Part shown: one piece after another, positions 1 through 14,950 of the stretch
Layout of the letters: every line of letters begins with the position of its first letter
How positions within the stretch are numbered: the first letter of the stretch is position 1
From: Eledone cirrhosa
Taxonomy: Eukaryota
Assembly (NCBI GenBank): GCA_964016885.1
Contig: CAXHJY010001059.1
Span: 1-28,350, forward strand
Length of the DNA stretch: 28,350 nucleotides
Direction of reading: 5' to 3'
Program-made: the position numbers and the translations under genes
The notes under the pieces: model-generated
The model's input: only the letters and a program-made list of their open reading frames with translations
The model's database searches: none
Told to the model about the DNA's origin: nothing

Positions 1-3000
1 AGTAACAACAACAATAACAACAGTAACAACAACAACAATAACAGTAACAACAGTAACAACAACAACAGTAACAACAACAGTAACAACAGTAACAACAGTA
101 GCAACAGTAACAACAACAATAACAACAGTAACAACAGTAACAACAGTAACAACAGTAACAACAACAACAACAGTAACAAAAACAACAACAGTAACAACAG
201 TAACAACAACAGTAACAACAACAGTAACAACATTAACAACAGTAACAACAGTAACAACAACAATAACAACAGTAACAACAGTAACAACAACAATAACAAC
301 AGTAACAACAGTAACAACAACAGTAACAACATTAACAACAGTAACAACAGTAACAATAACAATAACAACAGTAACAACAGTAACAACAACAGTAACAACA
401 GTAACAACAGTAACGACAGTAAAAACAATAGTAACAACAACAGTAACAACAGTAACAACAACAGTAACAACAGCAGTAACAACAACAATAACAACAGTAA
501 CAACAGTAACAACAACAGTAACAACAGTAACAACAGTAACGACAGTAACAACAATAGTAACAACAACAGTAACAACAGTAACAACAACAGTAACAACAGT
601 AACAACAACAGTAACAACAACAGTAACAACAGTAACAACAGTAACAACAACAGTAACAACAGTAACAACGACAGTAACAACAGTAACAACAACAGTAACA
701 ACAACAGTAACAACAGTAACAACAACAGTAACAACAGTAACAACAGTAACAACAACAGTAACAACAGTAACGACAACAGTAACAACAGTAACAACAGTAA
801 CAACAACAGTAACAACAGTAACAACAGTAACAACAACAGTAACAACAACAGTAAGAAGAGTAACAACAACAGTAACAACAGTAACAACAACAGTAACAAA
901 GAGTAACAATAACAGTAACAACAGTAACAACAACAGAAACAACAACAGTAACAACAGTAACAAGAGTAACAACAACAGTAACAACGAAAGTAACAACAAC
1001 AGTAACAACAACAGTAACAAAAGTAACAACAACAGTAACAACAACAGTAACAACAACAGTAACAACAACAGTAACAACAACAGTAACAACAACAGTAACA
1101 ACAGTAACAACAGTAACAACAACAGTAACAACAGTAACAACAGTAACAACAACAGTAACAACAGTAACAACAACAGTAACAACAACAGTAACAACAATAA
1201 CAACAACAGTAATAACAACAGTAACAACAGTAACAACAGTAACAACAACAGTAACAACAGTAACAACAGTAACAACAGTAACAACAACAGTAACAACAAC
1301 AGTAACAAAAACAGTAACAACAACAGTAACAACAACAGTAACAACAGTAACAACATTAACAACAGTAACAACAGTAACAACAACAATAACAACAGTAACA
1401 ACAGTAACAACAACAATAACAACAGTAACAACAGTAACAACAACAACAACAGTAACAAAAACAACAATAACAGTAACAACAGTAACAACAACAACAGTAA
1501 CAACAACAGTAACAACAGTAACAACAGTAACAACAGTAACAACAACAATAACAACAGTAACAACAGTAACAACAGTAACAACAATAACAACAACAATAAC
1601 AACAGTAACAACAGTAACAACAACAATAACAACAGTAACAACAGTAACAACAACAGTAACAACATTAACAACAGTAACAACAGTAACAATAACAATAACA
1701 ACAGTAACAACAGTAACAACAACAGTAACAACAGTAACAACAGTAACGACAGTAACAACAATAGTAACAACAACAGTAACAACAGTAACAACAACAGTAA
1801 CAACAGCAGTAACAACAACAATAACAACAGTAACAACAGTAACAACAACAGTAACAACAGTAACAACAGTAACGACAGTAACAACAATAGTAACAACAAC
1901 AGTAACAACAGTAACAACAACAGTAACAACAGTAACAACAACAGTAACAACAACAGTAACAACAGTAACAACAACAGTAACAACAGTAACAACAACAGTA
2001 ACAACAGTAACAACAACAGTGACAACAACAGTAACAACAGTAACAACAGTAACACCAACAATAACAGCAGTAATAACAGTAACAACAACAGTAACAACAG
2101 TAACGACAACAGTAACAACAGTAACAACAGTAACAACAACAGTAACAACAGTAACAACAGTAACAACAACAGTAACAACAACAGTAACAACAACAGTAAC
2201 AACAACAGTAACAACAACAGTAACAACAACAGTAACAAGAGTAACAACAACAGTAACAACAGTAACAACAACAGTAACAACAACAGTAACAACAACAGTA
2301 ACAACAACAGTAACAAGAGTAACAACAACAGTAACAACAGTAACAACAACAGTAACAACAGTAACAACAACAGTAACAACATTAACAACAGTAACAACAG
2401 TAACAATAACAATAACAACAGTAACAACAGTAACAACAACAGTAACAACAGTAACAACAGTAACGACAGTAACAACAATAGTAACAACAACAGTAACAAC
2501 AGTAACAACAACAGAAACAACAGCAGTAACAACAACAATAACAACAGTAACAACAGTAACAACAACAGTAACAACAGTAACAACAGTAACGACAGTAACA
2601 ACAATAGTAACAACGACAGTAACAACAGTAACAACAACAGTAACAACAGTAACAACAACAGTAACAACAACAGTAACAACAGTAACAACAGTAACAACAG
2701 TAACAACAGTAACAACAACAGTAACAACAGTAACAACAACAGTAACAACAGTAACAACAACAGTAACAACAACAGTAACAACAGTAACAACAACAGCAAC
2801 AACAGTAACAACAGTAACAACAACAGTAACAACAGTAACGACAACAGTAACAACAGTAACAACAGTAACAACAACAGTAACAACAGTAACAACAGTAACA
2901 ACAACAGTAACAACAACAGTAAGAAGAGTAACAACAACAGTAACAACAGTAACAACAACAGTAACAACAACAGTAACAAGAGTAACAACAACAGCAACAA

Positions 3001-5310
3001 CAGTAACAACAACAGTAACAACAGTAACAACAACAGTAACAAAGAGTAACAATAACAGTAACAACAGTAACAACAACAGAAACAACAACAGTAACAACAG
3101 TAACAAGAGTAACAACAACAGTAACAACAAGAGTAACAACAACAGTAACAACAACAGTAACAACAACAGTAACAAAAGTAACAACAACAATAACAACAAC
3201 AGTAACAACAACAGTAACAACAACAGTAACAACAGTAACAACAGTAACAACAACAGTAACAACAGTAACAACAGTAACAACAACAGTAACAACAGTAACA
3301 ACAACAGTAACAACAACAGTAACAACAACAGTAACAACAACAGTAACAACAGTAACAACAACAGTAATAACAACAGTAACAACAGTAACAACAGTAACAA
3401 CAACAGTAACAACAGTAACAACAGTAACAACAGTAACAACAACAGTAACAACAACAGTAACAAAAACAGTAACAACAACAGTAACAACAACAGTAACAAC
3501 AGTAACAACATTAACAACAGTAACAACAGTAACAACAACAATAACAACAGTAACAACAGTAACAACAACAACAACAGTAACAAGAACAACAATAACAGTA
3601 ACAACAGTAACAACAACAACAGTAACAACAACAGTAACAACAGTAACAACAGTAACAACAGTAACAACAGTAACAACAGTAACAACAACAACAACAGTAA
3701 CAACAACAACAACAGTAACAACAGTAACAACAACAGTAACAACAACAGTAACAACATTAACAACAGTAACAACAGTAACAACAACAATAACAACAGTAAC
3801 AACAGTAACAACAACAATAACAACACTAACAACAGTAACAATAACAGTAACAACATTAACAACAGTAACAACAGTAACAATAACAATAACAACAGTAACA
3901 ACAGTAACAACAACAGTAACAACAGTAACAACAGTAACGTCAGTAACAACAATAGTAACAACAACAGTAACAACAGCAGTAACAACAACAATAACAACAG
4001 TAACAACAGTAACAACAACAGTAACAACAACAGTAACAACAGTAACAACAGTAACGACAGTAACAACAATAGTAACAACAACAGTAACAACAGTAACAAC
4101 AGTAACAACAGTAACAACAACAGTAACAACAACAGTAACAACAACAGTAACAACAGTAACAACAACAGTAACAACAGTAACAACAACAGTAACAACAGTA
4201 ACACAACAGTAACAACAGTAACAACAACAGTAACAACAGTAACAACAGTAACAACAACAGTAACAACAGTAACAACAGTAACAACAACAGTAACAACAGT
4301 AACGACAACAGTAACAACAGTAACAACAGTAACAACAACAGTAACAACAGTAACAACAGTAACAACAACAGTAACAACAACAGTAACAACAACAGTAACA
4401 ACAGTAACAACAACAGTAACAACAACAGTAACAACAGTAACAACAACAGTAACAACAGTAACAACAACAGTAACAACAGTAACAACAACAGTAACAACAA
4501 CAGTAAGAACAGTAAGAACAGTAACAACAACAGTAACAACAGTCACAACAGTAACAACAACAGTAACAACAGTAACGACAACAGTAACAACAGTAACAAC
4601 AGTAACAACAACATTAACAACAGTAACAACAGTAACAACAACAGTAACAACAACAGTAACAACAACAGTAACAACAACAGTAACAAGAGTAACAACAAGA
4701 GTAACAACAACAGTAACAACAACAGTAACAAGAGTAACAACAACAGTAACAACAGTAACAACAACAGTAACAACAGTAACAACAACAGTAACAAAGAGTA
4801 ACAACAACAGTAACAACAGTAACAACAACAGAAACAACAACAGTAACAACAGTAACAACAACAGTAACAACAACAGTAACAAAAGTAACAACAACAGTAA
4901 CAACAACAGTAACAACAACAGTATCAACAACAGTAACAACAACAGTAACAACAACAGTAACAACAGTAACAACAGTAACAACAACAGTAACAACAGTAAC
5001 AACAGTAACAACAACAGTAACAACAGTAACAACAACAGTAACAACAACAGTAACAACAACAGTAACAACAACAGTAACAACAACAGTAACAACAGTAACA
5101 ACAACAGTAACAACAACAGTAACAACAGTAACAACAACAGTAACAACAGTAACAACAGTAACAACAACAGTAACAACAACAGTAACAACAACAGTAACAA
5201 CAACAGTAACAACAGTAACAACAGTAACAACAACAGTAACAATAGTAACAACAGTAACAACAACAGTAACAACAACAGTAAGAACAGTAAGAACAGTAAC
5301 AACAGTAACA
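1..5310 (+). repeat. Left-domain large duplication, copy 1 (left end truncated by window)
   Basis: Rare markers recur in the same order in copy 2: AGTAGC 97/7943, GACAGTAAAAAC 415/8261, GTG 2019/9666, ACC 2054/9701, AAGAAG 2921/10532, AAAG 3041/10652, ACT 3825/11436, GTC 3939/11550, AGTCAC 4541/12143, GTATC 4921/12388, AAGAACAGTAAG 5280/12747. Confidence 0.92.
331..560 (+). repeat. ~230-bp left-domain cassette (ATT...AATAACAAT...GAC..AATAGT...AGCAGT...AAT...GAC..AATAGT), first of 8 copies
   Basis: The same ordered variant string starts at ATT 331, 1664, 2381, 3855, 8177, 9311, 9992 and 11466. The 3855 and 11466 copies carry GTC instead of the first GAC. Confidence 0.82.
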
Positions 5311-5949
5311 ACAGTAACAACAACAGTAACAACAGTAACAACAACAGTAACAACATTAACAACAGTAACAACAGTAACAACAACAATAACAACAGTAACA
5401 ACAGTAACAACAGTAACAACAACAGTAACAACAGTAACAACAACAGTAACAACATTAACAACAGTAACAACAGTAACAACAACAATAACAACAGTAACAA
5501 CAGTAACAACAACAGTAACAACAGTAACAACAACAATAACAACAGTAACAACAGTAACAACAACAGTAACAACAGTAACAACAGTAACGACAGTAACAAC
5601 AATAGTAACAACAACAGTAACAACAGTAACAACAACAGTAATAACAGTAACAACAACAGTAACAACAGTAACAACAACAGTAACAACAACAGTAACAACA
5701 GTAACAACAGTAACAACAACAGTAACAACAACAGTAACAACAGTAACAACAGTAACAACAACAGTAACAACAGTAACAACAACAATAACAACAGTAACAA
5801 CAGTAACAACAGTAACAACAACAGTAACAACAGTAACAACAACAGTAACAACATTAACAACAGTAACAACAGTAACAACAACAATAACAACAGTAACAAC
5901 AGTAACAACAACAGTAACAACAGTAACAAAAACAGTAACAACAACAATA

Positions 5950-7250
5950 ACAACAGTAACAACAGTAACAACAACAGTAACAACAGTAACAACAGTAACA
6001 ACAGTAACAACAGTAACATCAACAGTAACAACAGTAACAACAACAGTAACAACAGTAACAACAGTAACAACAGTAACATCAACAGTAACAACAGTAACAA
6101 CAACAGTAACAACAGTAACAACAGTAACAACAGTAACAACAACAGTAACAACAGTAACAACAACAGTAACAACAGTAACAACAGTAACAACAGTAACAAC
6201 AACAGTAACAACAGTAACAACAGTAACAACAGTAACAACAACAGTAACAACAGTAACAACAGTAACAACAGTAACAACAGTAACAACAACAGTAACAACA
6301 GTAACAACAGTAACAACAGTAACAACAGTAACAACAACAGTAACAACAGTAACAACAACAGTAACAACAGTAACAACAGTAACAACAGTAACAACAACAG
6401 TAACAACAGTAACAACAGTAACAACAGTAACATCAACAGTAACAACAGTAACAACAGTAACAACAGTAACAACAGTAACAACAGTAACCACAGTAACAAC
6501 AGTAACAACAGTAACAACAGTAACAACAGTAACAACAACAGTAACAACAGTAACAAAAACAGTAACAACAGTAACAACAGTAACAACAGTAACAACAGTA
6601 ACAACAGTAACAACAACAGTAACAACAGTAACAACAACAGTAACATCAGTAACAACAACAGTAACACCAGTAACAACAGTAACAACAGTAACAACAACAG
6701 TAACAACAGTAACAACAGTAACAACAACAGTAACAACAACAGTAACAACAGTAACAACAGTAACAACAGTAACAACAACAGTAACAACAGTAACAACAAC
6801 AGTAACAACAGTAACAACAGTAACAACAGTAACAACAACAGTAACAACAGTAACAACAACAGTAACAACAGTAACAACAACAGTAACAACAGTAACAACA
6901 GTAACAACAGTAACAACAGTAACAACAGTAACAACAACAGTAACAACAGTAACAACAACAGTAACAACAGTAACAACAGTAACAACAACAGTAACAACAG
7001 TAACAACAACAGTAACAACAGTAACAACAGTAACAACAGTAACAACAACAGTAATAACAGTAACAACAGTAACAACTGTAACAACAACAGTAACAACAGT
7101 AACAACAGTAACAACAGTAACAACAGTAACAACAGTAACAACAACAGTAACAACAGTAACAACAGTAACAGCAACAGTAACAACAGTAACAACAGTAACA
7201 TCAACAGTAACAACAGTAACAACAACAGTAACATCAACAGTAACAACATT
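5950..7250 (+). repeat. 9-mer-dominated sub-array (AGTAACAAC)n with private ATC/CAC/ACC variants
   Basis: Long runs of consecutive 9-mers, with AACATCAAC variants near 6015, 6075, 6430, 7200 and 7230. No second copy is visible in the window. Confidence 0.75.
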
Positions 7251-7846
7251 AACAACAGTAACAACAGTAACAACAACAATAACAACAGTAACAACAGTAA
7301 CAACAACAACAACAGTAACAACAACAACAATAACAGTAACAACAGTAACAACAACAACAGTAACAACAACAGTAACAACAGTAACAACAGTAACAACAAT
7401 AACAACAACAATAACAACAGTACAACAGTAACAATAGTAACAACAGTAATAACAACAACAACAGTAACAACAGTAACGACAACAGTAACAACAACAGTAA
7501 CAACAACAGTAACAACAACAGTAACAAAAGTAACAACAACAGTAACAACAACATTAACAACAACAGTAACAACAACAGTAACAACAGTAACAACAGTAAC
7601 AACAACAGTAACAACAGTAACAACAGTAACAACAGTAACAACAACAGTAACAACAACAGTAACAACAGTAACAACAGTAACAACAACAGTAACAACAGTA
7701 ACAACAGCAACAACAGTAACAACAGTAACAACAACAACAACAGTAACAACAACATCAACAGTATCAACAGTAACAACAACAGTAACAACAACAGTAACAA
7801 CATTAACAACAGTAACAACAGTAACAACAACAATAACAACAGTAAC

Positions 7847-10800
7847 AACAGTAACAACAACAACAACAGTAACAACAACAACAATAACAGTAACAACAGT
7901 AACAACAACAACAGTAACAACAACAGTAACAACAGTAACAACAGTAGCAACAGTAACAACAACAATAACAACAGTAACAACAGTAACAACAGTAACAACA
8001 GTAACAACAACAACAACAGTAACAACAACAACAACAGTAACAACAGTAACAACAACAGTAACAACAACAGTAACAACATTAACAACAGTAACAACAGTAA
8101 CAACAACAATAACAACAGTAACAACAGTAACAACAACAATAACAACAGTAACAACAGTAACAACAACAGTAACAACATTAACAACAGTAACAACAGTAAC
8201 AATAACAATAACAACAGTAACAACAGTAACAACAACAGTAACAACAGTAACAACAGTAACGACAGTAAAAACAACAGTAACAACAACAGTAACAACAGTA
8301 ACAACAACAGTAACAACAGCAGTAACAACAACAATAACAACAGTAACAACAGTAACAACAACAGTAACAACAGTAACAACAGTAACGACAGTAACAACAA
8401 TAGTAACAACAACAGTAACAACAGTAACAACAACAGTAACAACAGTAACAACAACAGTAACAACAACAGTAACAACAGTAACAACAGTAACAACAACAGT
8501 AACAACAGTAACAACGACAGTAACAACAGTAACAACAACAGTAACAACAACAGTAACAACAGTAACAACAACAGTAACAACAGTAACAACAGTAACAACA
8601 ACAGTAACAACAGTAACGACAACAGTAACAACAGTAACAACAGTAACAACAACAGTAACAACAGTAACAACAGTAACAACAACAGTAACAAAAGTAACAA
8701 CAACAGTAACAACAACAGTAACAACAACAGTAACAACAACAGTAACAACAGTAACAACAGTAACAACAACAGTAACAACAGTAACAACAGTAACAACAAC
8801 AGTAACAACAGTAACAACAACAGTAACAACAACAGTAACAACAATAACAACAACAGTAATAACAACAGTAACAACAGTAACAACAGTAACAACAACAGTA
8901 ACAACAGTAACAACAGTAACAACAGTAACAACAACAGTAACAACAACAGTAACAAAAACAGTAACAACAACAGTAACAACAACAGTAACAACAGTAACAA
9001 CATTAACAACAGTAACAACAGTAACAACAACAATAACAACAGTAACAACAGTAACAACAACAATAACAACAGTAACAACAGTAACAACAACAACAACAGT
9101 AACAAAAACAACAATAACAGTAACAACAGTAACAACAACAACAGTAACAACAACAGTAACAACAGTAACAACAGTAACAACAGTAACAACAACAATAACA
9201 ACAGTAACAACAGTAACAACAGTAACAACAATAACAACAACAATAACAACAGTAACAACAGTAACAACAACAATAACAACAGTAACAACAGTAACAACAA
9301 CAGTAACAACATTAACAACAGTAACAACAGTAACAATAACAATAACAACAGTAACAACAGTAACAACAACAGTAACAACAGTAACAACAGTAACGACAGT
9401 AACAACAATAGTAACAACAACAGTAACAACAGTAACAACAACAGTAACAACAGCAGTAACAACAACAATAACAACAGTAACAACAGTAACAACAACAGTA
9501 ACAACAGTAACAACAGTAACGACAGTAACAACAATAGTAACAACAACAGTAACAACAGTAACAACAACAGTAACAACAGTAACAACAACAGTAACAACAA
9601 CAGTAACAACAGTAACAACAACAGTAACAACAGTAACAACAACAGTAACAACAGTAACAACAACAGTGACAACAACAGTAACAACAGTAACAACAGTAAC
9701 ACCAACAGTAACAGCAGTAATAACAGTAACAACAACAGTAACAACAGTAACGACAACAGTAACAACAGTAACAACAGTAACAACAACAGTAACAACAGTA
9801 ACAACAGTAACAACAACAGTAACAACAACAGTAACAACAACAGTAACAACAACAGTAACAAGAGTAACAACAACAGTAACAACAGTAACAACAACAGTAA
9901 CAACAACAGTAACAACAACAGTAACAAGAGTAACAACAACAGTAACAACAGTAACAACAACAGTAACAACAGTAACAACAACAGTAACAACATTAACAAC
10001 AGTAACAACAGTAACAATAACAATAACAACAGTAACAACAGTAACAACAACAGTAACAACAGTAACAACAGTAACGACAGTAACAACAATAGTAACAACA
10101 ACAGTAACAACAGTAACAACAACAGAAACAACAGCAGTAACAACAACAATAACAACAGTAACAACAGTAACAACAACAGTAACAACAGTAACAACAGTAA
10201 CGACAGTAACAACAATAGTAACAACGACAGTAACAACAGTAACAACAACAGTAACAACAGTAACAACAACAGTAACAACAACAGTAACAACAGTAACAAC
10301 AGTAACAACAGTAACAACAGTAACAACAACAGTAACAACAGTAACAACAACAGTAACAACAGTAACAACAACAGTAACAACAACAGTAACAACAGTAACA
10401 ACAACAGCAACAACAGTAACAACAGTAACAACAACAGTAACAACAGTAACGACAACAGTAACAACAGTAACAACAGTAACAACAACAGTAACAACAGTAA
10501 GAACAGTAACAACAACAGTAACAACAACAGTAAGAAGAGTAACAACAACAGTAACAACAGTAACAACAACAGTAACAACAACAGTAACAAGAGTAACAAC
10601 AACAGCAACAACAGTAACAACAACAGTAACAACAGTAACAACAACAGTAACAAAGAGTAACAATAACAGTAACAACAGTAACAACAACAGAAACAACAAC
10701 AGTAACAACAGTAACAAGAGTAACAACAACAGTAACAACAAGAGTAACAACAACAGTAACAACAACAGTAACAACAACAGTAACAAAAGTAACAACAACA

Positions 10801-12780
10801 ATAACAACAACAGTAACAACAACAGTAACAACAACAGTAACAACAGTAACAACAGTAACAACAACAGTAACAACAGTAACAACAGTAACAACAACAGTAA
10901 CAACAGTAACAACAACAGTAACAACAACAGTAACAACAACAGTAACAACAACAGTAACAACAGTAACAACAACAGTAATAACAACAGTAACAACAGTAAC
11001 AACAGTAACAACAACAGTAACAACAGTAACAACAGTAACAACAGTAACAACAACAGTAACAACAACAGTAACAAAAACAGTAACAACAACAGTAACAACA
11101 ACAGTAACAACAGTAACAACATTAACAACAGTAACAACAGTAACAACAACAATAACAACAGTAACAACAGTAACAACAACAACAACAGTAACAAGAACAA
11201 CAATAACAGTAACAACAGTAACAACAACAACAGTAACAACAACAGTAACAACAGTAACAACAGTAACAACAGTAACAACAGTAACAACATTAACAACAAC
11301 AACAACAGTAACAACAACAACAACAGTAACAACAGTAACAACAACAGTAACAACAACAGTAACAACATTAACAACAGTAACAACAGTAACAACAACAATA
11401 ACAACAGTAACAACAGTAACAACAACAATAACAACACTAACAACAGTAACAATAACAGTAACAACATTAACAACAGTAACAACAGTAACAATAACAATAA
11501 CAACAGTAACAACAGTAACAACAACAGTAACAACAGTAACAACAGTAACGTCAGTAACAACAATAGTAACAACAACAGTAACAACAGCAGTAACAACAAC
11601 AATAACAACAGTAACAACAGTAACAACAACAGTAACAACAACAGTAACAACAGTAACAACAGTAACGACAGTAACAACAATAGTAACAACAACAGTAACA
11701 ACAGTAACAACAGTAACAACAACAGTAACAACAACAGTAACAACAACAGTAACAACAGTAACAACAACAGTAACAACAGTAACAACAACAGTAACAACAG
11801 TAACACAACAGTAACAACAGTAACAACAACAGTAACAACAGTAACAACAGTAACAACAACAGTAACAACAGTAACAACAGTAACAACAACAGTAACAACA
11901 GTAACGACAACAGTAACAACAGTAACAACAGTAACAACAACAGTAACAACAGTAACAACAGTAACAACAACAGTAACAACAACAGTAACAACAACAGTAA
12001 CAACAGTAACAACAACAGTAACAAAAACAGTAACAACAGTAACAACAACAGTAACAACAGTAACAACAACAGTAACAACAGTAACAACAACAGTAACAAC
12101 AACAGTAAGAACAGTAACAACAGTAACAACAACAGTAACAACAGTCACAACAGTAACAACAACAGTAACAACAGTAACGACAACAGTAACAACAGTAACA
12201 ACAGTAACAACAACATTAACAACAGTAACAACAGTAACAACAACAGTAACAAAGAGTAACAACAACAGTAACAACAGTAACAACAACAGAAACAACAACA
12301 GTAACAACAGTAACAACAGTAACAACAACAGTAACAACAACAGTAACAAAAGTAACAACAACAGTAACAACAACAGTAACAACAACAGTATCAACAACAG
12401 TAACAACAACAGTAACAACAACAGTAACAACAGTAACAACAGTAACAACAACAGTAACAACAGTAACAACAGTAACAACAACAGTAACAACAGTAACAAC
12501 AACAGTAACAACAACAGTAACAACAACAGTAACAACAACAGTAACAACAACAGTAACAACAGTAACAACAACAGTAACAACAACAGTAACAACAGTAACA
12601 ACAACAGTAACAACAGTAACAACAGTAACAACAACAGTAACAACAACAGTAACAACAACAGTAACAACAACAGTAACAACAGTAACAACAGTAACAACAA
12701 CAGTAACAATAGTAACAACAGTAACAACAACAGTAACAACAACAGTAAGAACAGTAAGAACAGTAACAACAGTAACAACA
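7847..12780 (+). repeat. Left-domain large duplication, copy 2
   Basis: Same ordered markers as 1-5310, at offsets stepping 7846, 7671, 7647, 7611, 7602, 7458 and 7467 bp. Confidence 0.92.
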
Positions 12781-14339
12781 ACAGTAACAACAACAGTAAC
12801 AACAGTAACAACAGTAACAACAGTAACAACAACAGTAACAACAACAGTAACAACAACAATAACAACAGTAACAACAACAGTAACAACAGTAACAACAGTA
12901 ACAACAACAGTAACAATAGTAACAACATTAACAACAACAGTAACAACAACAGTAACAACAGTAACAACAGTAACAACAACAGTAACAACAACAGTAACAA
13001 CAGTGACAACAGTAACAACAACAGTAACAACAACAGTAACAACAGTAACAACAGTAACAACAACAGTAACAACAGTAACAACAGTAACAACAACAGTAAC
13101 AACAACAGTAACAACAGTAACAACAGTAACAACAACAGTAACAACAACAGTAACAACAGTAACAACAGTAACAACAACAGTAACAACAGTAACAACAGTA
13201 ACAACAGTAACAACAGTAAGAACAACAACAACAGTAACAACAACAACAACAGTAACAACAGTAACAACATTAACAACAGTAACAACAGTAACAACAACAA
13301 TAACAACAGTAACAACAGTAACAACAACAACAACATTAACAACAACAACAACAATAACAGTAACAACAGTAACAACAACAACAACAGTAACAACAACAGT
13401 AACAACAGTAACAACTGTAACAACAGTAACAACAACAATAACAACAGTAACAACAGTAACAATAGTAACAACAGTAACAACAACAACAACAGTAACAACA
13501 ACAACAACAGTAACAACAGTAACAACAACAGTAACAACATTAACAACAGTAACAACAGTAACAACAACAACAATAACAACAGTAACAACAGTAACAACAA
13601 CAGTAACAACATTAACAACAGTAACAACAGTAACAACAACAATAACAACAGTAACAACAGTAACAACAACAGTAACAACAGTAACAACAGTAACGACAGT
13701 AACAACAACAGTAACAACAGTAACAACAACAGTAACAACAGCAGTAACAACAACAATAACAACAGTAACAACAGTAACAACAACAGTAACAACAGTAACA
13801 ACAACAGTAACAACAACAGTAACAACAGTAACAGCAGTAACAACAACAGTAACAACAGTAACAACAACAGTAACAACAGTAACAACAACAGTAACAACAA
13901 CAGTAACACAACAGTAACAAGTGTAACAACAACAGTAACAACAGTAACAACAACAGTAACAACAACAGTAACAACAACGGTAACAACAACAGTAACAAGA
14001 GTAACAACAACAGTAACAACAGTAACAGCAACAGTAACAACAGTAACAACAACAGTAACAAAGAGTAACAACAACAGTAACAACAGTAACAACAACAGTA
14101 ACAACAACAGTAACAACAGTAACAACAGTAACAACAACAGTAACAACAACAGTAACAACAGTAACAACAGTAACAACAGTAACAACAGTAACAACAACAG
14201 TAACAACAGTAACAACAACAGTAACGACAGTAACAACAGTAACAACAACAGTAACAACAGTAACAACAACAGTAACAACAGTAATAACAACAGTAACAAC
14301 AACAGTAACAACAGTAACAACAGTAACAACAACAGTAAC

Positions 14340-14950
14340 AACAGTAACAACAGTAACAACAACTGTAACAACAAATGTAACAACAACAGTAACAACAGTA
14401 ACAACAACAGTAACAACAGTAACAACAACAGTAACAACAGTAATAACAACAGTAACAACAACAGTACCCGCAGTAACACGAACAGTAACAACAGTAACAA
14501 CAGTAACAATAACTGTAACAACAAATGTAACAACAACAGTAACAACAACAGTAACAACAGTAACAACAACAGTAACAACAGTAATAACAACAGTAACAAC
14601 AGTAACAACAACAGTAACCGCAGTAACACGAACAGTAACAACAGTAACAACAGTAACAACAGTAACAATAACTGTAACAACAAATGTAACAACAACAATA
14701 ACAACAACAGTAACAACAGTAACAACAACAGTAGCAACAGTAACACGAACAGTAACAACAGTAACAACAGTAACAACAACTGTAACAACAAATGTAACAA
14801 CAACAGTAACAACAGTAACAACAGTAACAACAGTAACAACAACAGTAACAACAGTAATAACAAGAGTAACAACAGTAACAATAACAGTAGCAACAGTAAC
14901 ACGAACAGTAACAACAGTAACAACAGTAACAACAGTAACAACAACAGTAA
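14340..14950 (+). repeat. Diverged CpG-containing cassette cluster (TGTAACAACAAATGT; ACCCGCAGTAACACGAAC), internal period ~110-160 bp
   Basis: TGT..AAATGT at 14364, 14514, 14673, 14781 and ACG at 14478, 14628, 14745, 14901. Related cassettes occur at 17410, 18911, 21456, 22945, 25331 and 26556. Confidence 0.85.

Noticed and set aside
13003-13917. 304-aa Thr/Val ORF
   Set aside because: It begins at a chance GTG variant and ends where the -1 indel at 13908 enters the stop register.
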